Part shown: positions 48,925 to 62,440 of the stretch, one piece after another
Numbering within the stretch: the stretch's first letter is position 1
Layout of the letters: each line of letters opens with the position of its first letter
Assembly (NCBI GenBank): GCA_907165135.1
Contig: OU015568.1
Location: 3,286,001-3,350,000, forward strand
Source of the DNA: Oikopleura dioica
Taxonomy: Eukaryota > Animalia > Chordata
Length of the DNA: 64,000 bases
Direction: 5' to 3'
Notes under the pieces: model-generated
Databases searched by the model: none
The model's input: the letters and a program-made list of their open reading frames with translations, nothing else
What the model was told of the DNA's origin: nothing
Position numbers and translations under genes: made by a program

Positions 48925-49231
48925 TTTTCGAGTCGAACTGGAATGAAAGGCAGGCCTCGCTTTTTATGAAGAACAGCTTGATTTTTCTCAAGAATTTTAA
49001 AGAAAGAGGCCTCAAACATCGAAAACAGATCTAAAATCAGCTTCAAAATGGCTTTTTAAATTTTGAAAACGAAAATTGCGATAACCAAACACGTTGTTTA
49101 GCCGCAAAGCTATCAGATATTTACAAATAAGGTCTTTCTATTACCTCGTTTAAGAGCCAATCCAGATGGCGCTCCTCAGCAAAAATGATAATATTTTCAT
49201 GACAACTCATGATTTCGTTTGATTCTCCAAA

Positions 49232-52200
49232 ATGCGGAAATTACTGCTATCCTTATTTCTTTTTAATCAGAGAGAAGTGAGAGCTGGAGATTACGAAGCA
49301 GCGCACTATCAGAATCCGTATTTGTACGATGATGAGTTTAGTATTGAAGATTTGTATGATGATGTCCCAGATTTGAGAGAATTCCCGAAAAACACGAAGA
49401 TTAATTGTCACGAGGTAATACATTTTATGATTTGTTTTTTCTTGAGATAATTTGGTCAAAATGGGATATTTTTTATGAGACTTGAAATGACGAGTCAAAT
49501 ATCATCTTTCCTTTTAGGACAAGAAAAGCAATTTTGAACCCGATCCTTATGCATTTGTGGCGCTGATCACAAACGGTCCCGAGTCCTGCAATGGCTATTT
49601 TCTTGAAAATGATTTGGTCTGGACGAATACTTTTTGCTGCACTGGACTTGGCAGCGATGAGGGCAATGCGATGTATGTGAGGACGGAATTTCAGACGATT
49701 GCGGTGAAATTGTCCTTGAACAACAAAGAGGAGAATTTTTGTATTTTGAAGCTGGAGAAGTCTGATTTTAAACCGCAACTTCCTTGTCGTACTCAAAGAA
49801 TCGGATTTCGAGATAACTCATACTTACTTCGACCATCTTTAGAAATTTGCATTCGATCAACTAATGTTTGATCTTCAAAATCCGAAAAAAGTGTTACCCA
49901 AATTCCTCAACTCTCGAATTCCGGACCGAACTGCTACGTTGGTGGTTGGTACTGGGACGATTGGACGGAAGATTGGGCGCTGGCAAAAGCTCCCGTTCAG
50001 CAAGTCTTTTCAAAAGAATGCTCTTATGGTCTCTCGACATTCATCGATGAACAAGAAATCTGCGTTATCGGAGTCGGATTTTTGCCCAAACCAGACAGCA
50101 CGATCTGCAATTTATTTACAGGAATGCCTCTTGTATGCATTACTCCAACACTGAACCAGCTCAGTTTTGTTGGCGTTGCTTCTTATCCAGTTGGCTGCGC
50201 TGTGCCAGGACAAGACATCGGAATCTGGGAAATCGCAACAGAAGAACTCCTCGCAAGGGCCGAGCAAGAATTTATGAGTTACCGAAGACAGATGTTTTTT
50301 CAAAAGAAAAACGCGAAAAAAGGATTAACAACGACGACGGAAATTCCAACAACCACTGAACAGCAAACAACAACTACTACTTCTACTACCAATACTACAA
50401 CTACAACCACAACCACAACAACAACCACGACTAACACAACAACCACGACAACAACAACGACGACAACAACGACCACGACCACGACTACATCTCGTCGACA
50501 AATTAAACAAGTTCTTTCAAGAATATCTAGGCCCATCTCGACTAGATATTCGTCTGCTAGATGATTTTCAAAAAATTTTTTCAGGCCAAAAAATCACTTT
50601 TTAACTGTTAGTGCCATCTTCTCCGCCGTAAAAATTCGAGTCGACTCATATAGGTTTGGGTCGGTAATTCTAGAGTTTTAGGTACTTCCGGTCGATTTAA
50701 AAAAAAAACGGAATTCCGCTGCCGTTTTTGATACAGTAATGCAATATAGGCATGCTATATATCAAAATGATCCTCATGAAACGAGGAATGTAGGGGTACC
50801 AAAAAAAACCTTACTATAGTAAAGTACCAAAAAAATTTTTTTTTTTTTCATTTTTTCAATTTTGTATCATGATTTAATCATGATGATTTTAAAAAATTTG
50901 TTGGTACAAATACTGTATTGGTCAGATTTACAGCCAATCAGAAAGCCTGATCAATTTTGAGTCGATTCGACAAAATCGTATTCGTTATTTTCTAGAGAAT
51001 GACGTCAAAAATGACGTCAGATGGTTTCAAAGAGCTGAAACTTTTACGTTTTAACGGTTAAGGACCCCCCCCCCATCAAGAATCGTGAAAATTTGGTTCA
51101 GTGAACATTTTTCTCAAAAACTATCTGAGGTAAACCCTTACTTTCAATTGCTACTTTTAGATCAAGCCCTTGCCTGCAACCTTTTCCCTTCTTATTATCT
51201 CTCGATATCAAACTTAAGGTTATACAGGCCCTTAAAAGTAAGGTTGCTTAGTGCAGGTTTTTTTGGGTTTTTAGTTGGGGTATTCCCTTAATTTTTTAAT
51301 TTTTCAGCATAAAGTTAAGGCCATAAGCAACGACCGTTCCCTTTTTAAGAGTTTATTGTCCACAGACTTAAGGAGGACGGCTCCTTAAATATTTTGTCAG
51401 CCGAATTTCCGAACTTCCGAAAGTTTCCGAAATCTCAAATTTTGAGAGCTGAAATTTAAACATCTTATTTCCTACATATTTGAAAATAGAGAGTGTATTT
51501 TGATGTACTCAGATTAAAATGTCGAAATTGAGTAAGAAAAACCGTCTTACAGCGAATTCTTGCATTCGAAAGAAAAACAAATGCAATATTATGAATCTAT
51601 TCCCTTGAATTAGTAGGTTTCATTTTTTGAATTATCAATTTCGCTTCAATAGAAGACTTTTAATATTCGTGGATGGACCCCAGAGCGGGCCGCGCCGTTC
51701 CGTGAAAAACCCTATGCATAATGTTATGCAAACTATATAAAATTCAAGCAGGAACGCTGTGAGAATTAACCAAAATGAAAAACTTTAAAATGAAAAAAAA
51801 ATTTTTTTGGTACTTTTCTTAACTTAAGTACCTTTTTTTGGTACCCCTACATTCCTTGTTTCATGAGGATCATTTTGATATATTACATGCCTTTACAGCA
51901 TAACTGTATCAAAAACGGCAGCGGAATTACGTTTTTTTTTTAAATCGACCGGAAGTACCTAAAACTCTAGAATTACCGACCCGAACCTATATGAGTCGAC
52001 TCGAATTTTTACGGCGGAGAAGATGGCATTAACAGTTAAAAAGTGATTTTTTGGCCTGAAAAAATTTTTCGAAAATCATCCTAGACCATCATCGGCATCT
52101 TCAAGTGCTAGAAAAATCCCTGTTTTATCATCAAGAAAACCGATTGACAAGAAAAAAATGAAAGACAAGGAGCATAAAAATCCTTTTGCTTCTAAAAAAG

Positions 52201-53218
52201 AAAAAGCCGAAGAACCGGAAATTTTGATGGTGCACGATTTTGTCATTACAACAACAGAAACTCCAGAATCAATCACAGAAGAGCCTGAAATCCCTGAAAT
52301 CAAGGAAGAAAGCCAGCAAGAGGCTCGAAACTCTCGAAATTCTTCTTTTTGGAAATTCGAGCAGCCAGAAAGCTGCTCTAAGTTCCTGAAAAAGTCCGAA
52401 AACACCTGCCCCGATTTCACTGAATGCATTGAAAATACCATCCCAAATTTGAAAGTTCAATCGAAAAAGAGCAAAAATGGAAAATACAGCGGACCTAATG
52501 AAAGAAAAACGATCTATGAGGTCGGATGCGAAGATGGCCACATTCCAGGAACAAGGTCAGATGTTTATCTTCCCCTCAATCTACTTTTACTTCAGAAATA
52601 CTGATGATGTTTCAATCCAGTGCAAATGCAACGACGAAAATGGTTGTTTCTGGGAGCCCTCCGTTATCAATTTTCAATGCTTTCCTTATGGAATGGTACT
52701 CCCATCTTTATAAACAAGAACAAATTTATCCATTTTCTAGTGCAAAAATATCCGACAACTGGAATGGAGCAATATTTCTCAAATGTCAAAATATTACGAA
52801 TCTGATGTCGGCGATGAGATTCATAAATGGCTTGCGCTTCCAATCGATGATGTCTTTATAAGTACTACTTTAACGTATTTTTAAATATAATCATTCCATC
52901 ATTCAAGACGGCACTGTAATTGTCCAGATCAAGGACAAGCTTCCACCTCAAGATGTCACCTTTGTCGGCTGGAACATGAATCTCGTTGCAGAGTTCTGCG
53001 ATCAAGAAACAACCGTTTTGCATTACACCGCCACCTCTGAACATACCCTCCTCCAGATCAAATACAAATTCGAAAGTATCTCTCTCGATCAGCTTCTCCC
53101 AGGTAATTTTCAATTTTCCCGGAAAAATAATATTGACCATTTTTTAGCTAAAATAGGAAAACTACCGGAAATCGACGAGAAACTGGGAAACTGCGTTTTT
53201 AGCTTGATTCCTTTATAA
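49232..53218 (+). CDS. Secreted inactive trypsin-like protease homolog with Thr-rich mucin stalk and Cys-containing C-terminal domains, interrupted by a TIR element
   Basis: Signal peptide. CNGYFLENDLVWTNTFCC, ICNLFTGMPLVC and FVGVASYPVGC echo trypsin motifs but lack the catalytic His and Ser. Poly-Thr at ~50326-50490; the frame resumes at 52085. Confidence 0.65.
50326..50490 (+). repeat. Coding (ACN)n Thr-rich low-complexity repeat
   Basis: ACA/ACC/ACG/ACT codon run encoding TTTT... Confidence 0.9.
50560..52080. mobile_element. Non-autonomous DNA transposon with ~295-bp TIRs, inserted in a coding exon
   Basis: Termini GATGATTTTC...GAAAATCATC; arms ~50560-50855 and ~51787-52080; CTA duplicated at 50557-50559 and 52081-52083; no transposase ORF. 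Confidence 0.92.
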
Positions 53219-53323
53219 TTTAAAAATTGCTTGCATTCCTTCTTTTGTAAATAAAAAAGCTTATTCATTATAAAATTCTATTCACAGTTTCTACAGAAAT
53301 TTACAAAAAGCTCAAGAAGATAA

Positions 53324-55585
<2,262 letters not shown>

Positions 55586-56722
55586 CTTTTTTTTATTTTG
55601 TTTTCGAGTTGTCGATTTATCAAAAAGCAACACTAAATGATCAGCGAGTGAAACATCGCTCATTATATAAGCGGACCATAAAATACAAAATCAGCAAAGT
55701 CTCCGAAAACCGCCCAGGTCAACAAGTGCAAAAATTGAAGCGAACTCTTTGTTACCCATGGAGATTTTTCTAGTCAACGACGAACTTCAGACCATTATTT
55801 GCACTGTACAAAGTGTTACCAAAGATTATGGGAAAAAAGAATATGCATGTCGAACTTTTGCTCAAAGCAAATGTTAACCCCGGAGAAGTCATTGGAGTTG
55901 AAGTTATGAGCGTGAACCCGCGTAACTTTAGCAGAATTTGTGCAGACACACATCTAATTATTCGAAAAATCGTAAACAAAATTTAAGACCCTGATTCCTT
56001 GATGATTTCGGTTTACTGCCGGCTGATTTCTGAGCAAAGATGGCTGATTTTGAGCTTGACCAGATGATCGAATTGATGAGTTTTGAGGTCTTTAAAACGG
56101 GTTCAGATGCGTTCGTCAAAATGATTGACTAGGTCTTCGTTAGGTCAAAATTTTCAAATCAAAGTCTTCCATGATTTCAAAATCATTTCCCGTCTCCTGA
56201 GTCTAGAATCCGAATTCGCCGCTAAAACTCTTTCGTTTGAAATTCCTCCACTCTGCGTTCCTCCCTTTTCTCTGCTGGCAATAAACGAGTTCATTATTTG
56301 CGAAAACATCTCTTTCTCTTTTTTTTAATCTTCTCGCTGCCTCCCCCTGGCGGCTTCGTTTTTTCGATGATAAGGGCAAAAAATGGAAAGAAGAGTCACG
56401 AGCTCTCAAATTGATAATTGGGGTGAAATCTGGTGAGATTTGGGTTTCGGCCTAAAGAGCGTGACACCTCTGCTGCCTGCCTCTTTGACAGCTACAGGTA
56501 GTAGCATGAGGAGGTAACAAAACTCCCGCCCCAGGAAACACGCTATTAACAGAGTGATAAGGCGGCAAATTTCAACAATAAAGATAGAAAGTAAGTATAA
56601 GATGTCAATTGGGACACAGAAAGAATTTTCATTCTATGATACATTAACCATATAAATTCCTATAAATCGTTAATTCTTATAAAAACAATGCATTATCGTC
56701 TGGATATTACAGTTTTATTATG

Positions 56723-58341
56723 TCAGTGCCCATCATGATTCGCCTCGATTTCAGGCTCTTTTCGAAGTTCTTCCTCCAGGCACTGCAGGGCAAAATCATC
56801 GACTGCATCGAATTTGTTTGCAAAAAAATATGGCGTATTCAATAACTAAAAATCAAAATTAAATTTTTCGAGCATAAATAATGTCCTTGCCCAGCCAACA
56901 TCGCCACTGCCAAAGACGCAAACATTACGGCGGAAATAGCCTTGACATTCATGATCTTTCACGTTGTTTTGCCATAAAATTAGACGACTGAGGTTTTCCG
57001 TGTTTTTCTGAATAAAATCATTTAGGGAACTTCTTTCTTTTTTCGCATTGAGTTCTTACCACAATAAATTCATTTCCTGGAGCATTTTTCATTCGAATAA
57101 TCGTCGCCCAAATAAACTCATCTGGCGAAAATGTATCTTTTGACCACTCAATCAATTCTCGGACATCCTTGTCTTCCAGCGCCCATTGAATGAACTCTCT
57201 CGTGAAGAAATTATACGCGATTCCGGAGAAAATTTCGATGCCACCTGGTGGCGGACTTTTATCTTTATCAGTCATCATTGGGTGAAACTTGTATTCAGAT
57301 TCAGTCTCATATTTATGCAGTTCCCAGTGCTTTTCGTATCGTATTTTCTTTTTCAAATTCCAACTCACTGTCATCGGAAATGTTTCGATTGAGTTTTTTG
57401 GATACGCAGATTTCAAATAACTGGCAATCTCGGAATTTCGCTTCAGTGGGAAATCTTCTCTTTTCAAGGCTCAATTTTTAAACGATTTATTCGAAAAATA
57501 GGTGTTTTGAGCCCTTTCCCACAAAGATTGATCAAATATCTCCATTGAATTTCATGCTCAAGAAGTTCTTGCATGCAGTTCAAATCAGCCTGGAGTCGCT
57601 CGAAAGAGGCCCAGTACACATTTTCTCGTTTTTTGGCAAGAAAAACGTTCGGAAAACAGCTTGATAGGGCTTCGAAATCTTTGAAGACAACCTCGGGCGC
57701 CTTTTCATCGATATGCAAGCAGAAGACATTGTCGGGAGAGTAGATTGCACGGAGAAGTCGTTCCGCTTGCCCGGGGTTTTTGTGGAGAACCAGCGAGTAG
57801 GCGAGAGGAAAATCGGAATTCGAGGATGATGAGGGGTACTTGCGAGAAGCAACGAATTCCGGACAGCTTTTCGAAGCAATAAAAGATGAAATTTCTCCAT
57901 CCGAGAAGCTCAGAGATTTTGTTTTATTCGAGGATTGAAGCTTTTTGACTTTCAGGAGCTCTTCGTCATTCCCCTTAAAAAGTGGTCAGTAAGTTTTAAT
58001 TAATAAATTCAAATAATAAAAGTGAGACTCACTAGAATAAGACCTTGACAATCAATATGAAATTCCGCCTTTTTGAATAAATGATTTTTGCTTGTGTTGT
58101 TTTCTTTATTTTCTTGTTCGATCCCCAAAGATTTTGTTTCTGCAGAAGTTTCTCTTATTATAATTTTAATTATAAGCACTTTGAAATAATTACTATTAGA
58201 AATTAAATATCACGAATCCGGCCCTGTCAAAATCGGTCGAGTATTACGAAAATTCTCTCGTTCCAGTTGCAGAAGAACTCCAATGCAAAACCCAAAAGAA
58301 AATATAATAAATACTCCAAATATTTTAATCCTCGTATCCAT
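56723..58341 (-). CDS. Core-2/I-branching beta-1,6-N-acetylglucosaminyltransferase (GT14), paralog 1
   Basis: Type II TM N-terminus; FPLAYSLVLHK...ERLLRAIYSP, YLINLCG-EDFPLK, SPDEFIWATI, FANKFD...LQCLEE. Confidence 0.9.
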
Positions 58342-59131
58342 CCTGATAAAATCAGAACCAACAAGAGCTTTTATGAGAAAAAGTCTGAGAACGATAAATA
58401 TAAATGTTTATGGTCCTACCGGGATCATAAATAAGTCAACTCTATTCCATTATCCTGATGAAGTCAATTCATTGTCAAAAACTTACGATAAGTTGAAACA
58501 AATTTGTTTTTCTCTCGAAGAAGATTTTCACTTCGAACATCTTCTGGATATTTTCAACAGAGAGATGAGAAGAAAAATCATTTGCTCAATCATTCCTCTA
58601 TGTATTCTTTTATCTCTACGAGTGAAGATTTCTCACGAAACCAAGTCGGGCTCGAAACAACAAAGTAAAGTTGGCAAGATCTCTGGTTTTATGTTTTACT
58701 TCTCGGCAAATGTTCTCCCTGATGTGTCTATTGATTTTTTGAAAATATTTTTTCAGCCACGAAACCAAATCTTTTTGAAAAGAAAGATTTTCGTCAAGTT
58801 TTCGCCCATAACTCGATGAAAAATGAGCTTTTTTCTGGGATAAGTAGAGAGGGAGTATAATACAGTTTAGTATTATACCTTATTACTGATAGTCCTGACT
58901 CAGGACTACCAGTACCTTTTTAATCCCTTTTCTGGAACAAGACCAAGTTTCCGGACTTTAGGCGCCCGAAAAGGCCCGAGAATATGACCCTTACTGTAAA
59001 GAGTCAAAACGATTCCCAGCTTCTGGGCTTTCAATATCTGCTTCTGAGTTAACAACAATTGATAGTCTATCAATAAAGACAAAATCGAATTATTTTTGAG
59101 TTTAAGATCATTTATTCGCCCTCGACAAAAA

Positions 59132-60628
59132 CTAAACACATCGGTCAAATGTAGTTTCGAAAAGAACAGGATACTCAACACCTTCTTCTGGTTGATAACC
59201 AATGACTGTTGAGCCAAGAGTTTCTTGTCCGTCAAGGTCGATTCTTTGAATCGGAGCATCAGAGCCGTATCCTGCAAACAAGAAAATGGACGAACCAGAT
59301 TGGAGAGCAGATGCTTTCACACTTTCTGGTTAGAATTTTACTCAAAATTCTTTGTGATCGTGAGTATACCTTTCGAAGATTTCCAATCAAAGTCCAACCA
59401 TCATTCTGGAGCCTCCAAATATCTGTTACAGCAGTTTCTTTTATAGCATCATATCCGCCAATTGAAAGCACTGTTCCGTCACTCAAGCCCATAAGAGAAT
59501 GGCCGTACAGGGCGCTAGAAATATTTTACGAACACATGGTTTCATGATGTCTTGAATTACGCTGGATGATCTCCGAGATAAACCCATCCAGATTCAGTTA
59601 ATGTTTCGACATGCGCATACGACGGCGCTTTCCAATTAAAGCTTCCTACAGTCGTTGGCTGCCCATTGTACAGACCAAGGCCGGCGTATTTGTGCTCGTA
59701 AGAAGTCATCGGTGCAATGGTGACTTGCTCTCCATCAAAATAATTGCAAGTCTTTTTTTGAGTCGTGTATTCAAAGCAAATCAGGGCTGAAAATATGAGA
59801 TACGAATTTCTGACCAAATTATTTTTACTACCTTTATCCCCATCCGCCAAAGTCAAAGCAGAACTTGCAGAATGGATTTCGAAAGTCAACTCTACTTTAG
59901 AAACACGAAACTGCAGCCATCGAGATAAGCAATTCTTCGGTGATTAAAGTCCATTCCTGCTTCTTCTCCTCCAAAAACAAACAGTATGTCATTGACCAGT
60001 GCATATTTGACGCCCCACATGAACTGCTCCTTCGTAGCATCGATCGTTGCTTGAACGGTTTTTGAGCCGACGCCGTCTATTATGTACGCGTTGTGCAGGT
60101 CCACGAATGGTTTTGGCTCGTCGTAGTACTAGTAGGAAGGATAAGTGTAGTTGTAGTAGGAGTAGTCGTAATCGCGGAAAAGCATGACCATAATGAATGG
60201 AGGGATCTTGGAAAATTTAAGGTCGAAAATCAAAGATACTTACTGGTTCTTCTTCAGGACAAAGTGGATGATCACAGTTTCGACAACCTTCTGGGCAATT
60301 TTCTCCACATGGGCACGAATTCAAACAGTCTTCAAACGAATTATTATTAACCAGGCTTAATTTTATCGTCTCTCACCATTGTATTCTCTATCGCAAATCG
60401 AGAGACAGTACTCTGTCTCGCATAAAAGTCGGCAATTCGTAAAATCCATCCGGCATTCTCCGATGCATTCTTCCTGGAGAAGATTGTCTCTTTAATTTTT
60501 GATCAAGATGCGATGTTTAGTTGAACTTACGGGCAGTCTTCCTCTCTTGAGCTTGCTTGAAATGTTTCTAGTCTGCTTTCGCTGATTCTGACTGCAGAAA
60601 TGCCTGAAAAAAGAAAGAAGAATTTCAT
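59132..60628 (-). CDS. Secreted Cys-rich / Thr-rich / kelch-like protein
   Basis: MKFFFLFSGISA signal, CPCGENCPEGC module, TTPTTTT linker, LFVFGG / LSIGG / FLFAG blades. Confidence 0.68.
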
Positions 60629-61196
60629 CTTCTGATAACTTTATCTGGTGATCTGTTGCTTTTGACCTGCTTTTTTATTCGTCAAGCAAATGAAGAAGAG
60701 TCAAAAAGAACAGTTTAGCAAAGTTTACCTCGATTCAAATTAACGAGTCGTGCTCGTATCTGAAAAAATTGACCGAAAAAGAAGACTCTTACATAACTGG
60801 AAAATTAAGCAGAAACTTAACTTAGATTTTAATCAATAACAAGCCGTTTTTAAACAGCAAAATACTGGCATTTTTAATAAAATTCATTCAAAGCTATGAT
60901 TAAAATTTTAGAAAATTCTAAAATAAACTGCAAATGCAGGTTTTATAATTATATAACCTTGAACATAATCCCTCTCCACTTCTTTTTGTTCATTCCAAAT
61001 ATTGCGAGAGCTAATAGCATGGTCTACGAGACTTCTGTTAATTTGTTTAAAACTGGGGTTTAAAACTTCGTCAATTCAGTCAAGAAGGAAGAGCATTTTT
61101 TCCGGTCTTTTTCAGGAATCGCTTCAAATTTTGACGAAGCGTAGATGTGCCACGAAAAGGCAGATAATGAGTGTAATGTCAAAACAGTATTTAGAA

Positions 61197-61957
61197 CAGG
61201 GCGGTCCTATTTGCATTCTTGTAAATAGTCTTTTTTCCGAAGACTATTCATTCATTCTTCTAAGATTAATCTCGATGCGAGATTAGTCATTTTGAATAAT
61301 AAAGATTATTTCGGTGAATTTTCGAAAAAATTCCGAGATTATTTCAAATAATCGTAAAGTTGACGAGTATTTAATACATATCTCGTTTATTGCAGAAGCT
61401 TTTCGCCTTTCGGCATCATCAGTGCTACAGAAAGTTAGAAACATACAGAAAACAAAAAAGCAGTTACCTTTAGAGATGCAAAGTTGTACCTGACAAAACC
61501 ACGAAAACAAACACCGAAATCCCTTCTATTCTAGAGAATTTTTTTCATTAAAAAACAAAAACAAGCGCAAAGATGTTGACAATGTTTTCATGGTTTTCGT
61601 GGTTTTGTCAGATACAACTTTGCATCTCTAAAGGTAACTGCTTTTTTGTTTTCTGTATGTTTCTAACTTTCTGTAGCACTGATGATGCCGAAAGGCGAAA
61701 AGCTTATAACGAAGCAATAAACGAGATATGTATTTCAAATAATCTTGAAGCGCGCGCTGTGATTGGTCGACCTGGTCCAATGGCCGATGGCGCCGATTTT
61801 AAACATGCTTGGAGCGCAGCCTGAAATTTTGTCCGCGCCGCCTCGTACTGCTAACAGCTCGCCAGCGCCACCCAAATTTTTGCCCCTAGCCTCGCTAAAA
61901 AGATTAATCTCGCAAATTTTCGAAATTATTTTCAAGAATGCAAATTAGACCGCCCTG
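61197..61957. mobile_element. hAT-type MITE (761 bp) with 8-bp TSD
   Basis: ~30-bp imperfect TIRs CAGGGCGGTC...GACCGCCCTG; ATTTAGAA at 61189-61196 and 61958-61965. Confidence 0.9.
61373..61734. repeat. Foldback inverted repeat (~135-bp arms) nested in the hAT MITE
   Basis: Arms ~61373-61508 and ~61593-61734 are near-perfect reverse complements. Confidence 0.9.
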
Positions 61958-62440
61958 ATTTAGAAGCCAATGAAGCGAATATGAAAAGAATAAAGACCTG
62001 TCGAAGGTGACAAATGAGGACACGGGTAGTTGGCGAATTTTTTCTTTCGGAATGGTGGCGATGACAAAGAAAACTTATCTTCAAACACCCGGTTTCAATA
62101 CGACAATGAGTGGTTGGGGAGGAGAGGATGTAAAATTTGCCGATGATGTCATCAAATCAAAGGTTTACTGCAAAAAGTGAGTCAAGTTCACAATTTTTAG
62201 CTTGATTTTTTGAGAGGAAATATGGAGAATTTATATCATCCTTGGCATGACAAAAATTGCTCAACTGCTGGGAATTCGTTTTCTTCAAGCTGCTTGGCTG
62301 CAAAAGCAATGAATAAAATGTCAACAAGGGATTTAGCTAACATTTTCTACCGTTTTCGAACATTTTTGTCATAAATAATTTTCTTTCGAATAAAAATCAA
62401 AATAAAAAATTGAAGCTCTCTTTCTTTTATTGTGTCAGTG

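Larger units (their letters stand above)
61066..62374 (+). pseudogene. C-terminal fragment of a chondroitin sulfate GalNAc-transferase/synthase-like gene; no 5' part recognised
   Basis: Exons read LRQFSQEGRAFFPVFFS / EY...DTGSWRIFSFGMVAM...GFNTTMSGWGGED / LYHPWHDKNC...CLAAKAMN...*, matching CSGALNACT-type GFW..FGFG, WGGED and HLWHEK.C motifs. Confidence 0.65.

Noticed and set aside
50300-50536. Poly-Val and Cys/Arg-rich minus-strand ORFs
   Set aside because: Antisense readings of the Thr-codon repeat.
58283-58819. 178-aa plus-strand ORF
   Set aside because: AT-rich, overlaps the GT14 start antisense, and has no recognisable domain.
61283-61824. Two similar small ORFs on opposite strands
   Set aside because: They are the two arms of the foldback inverted repeat, not genes.
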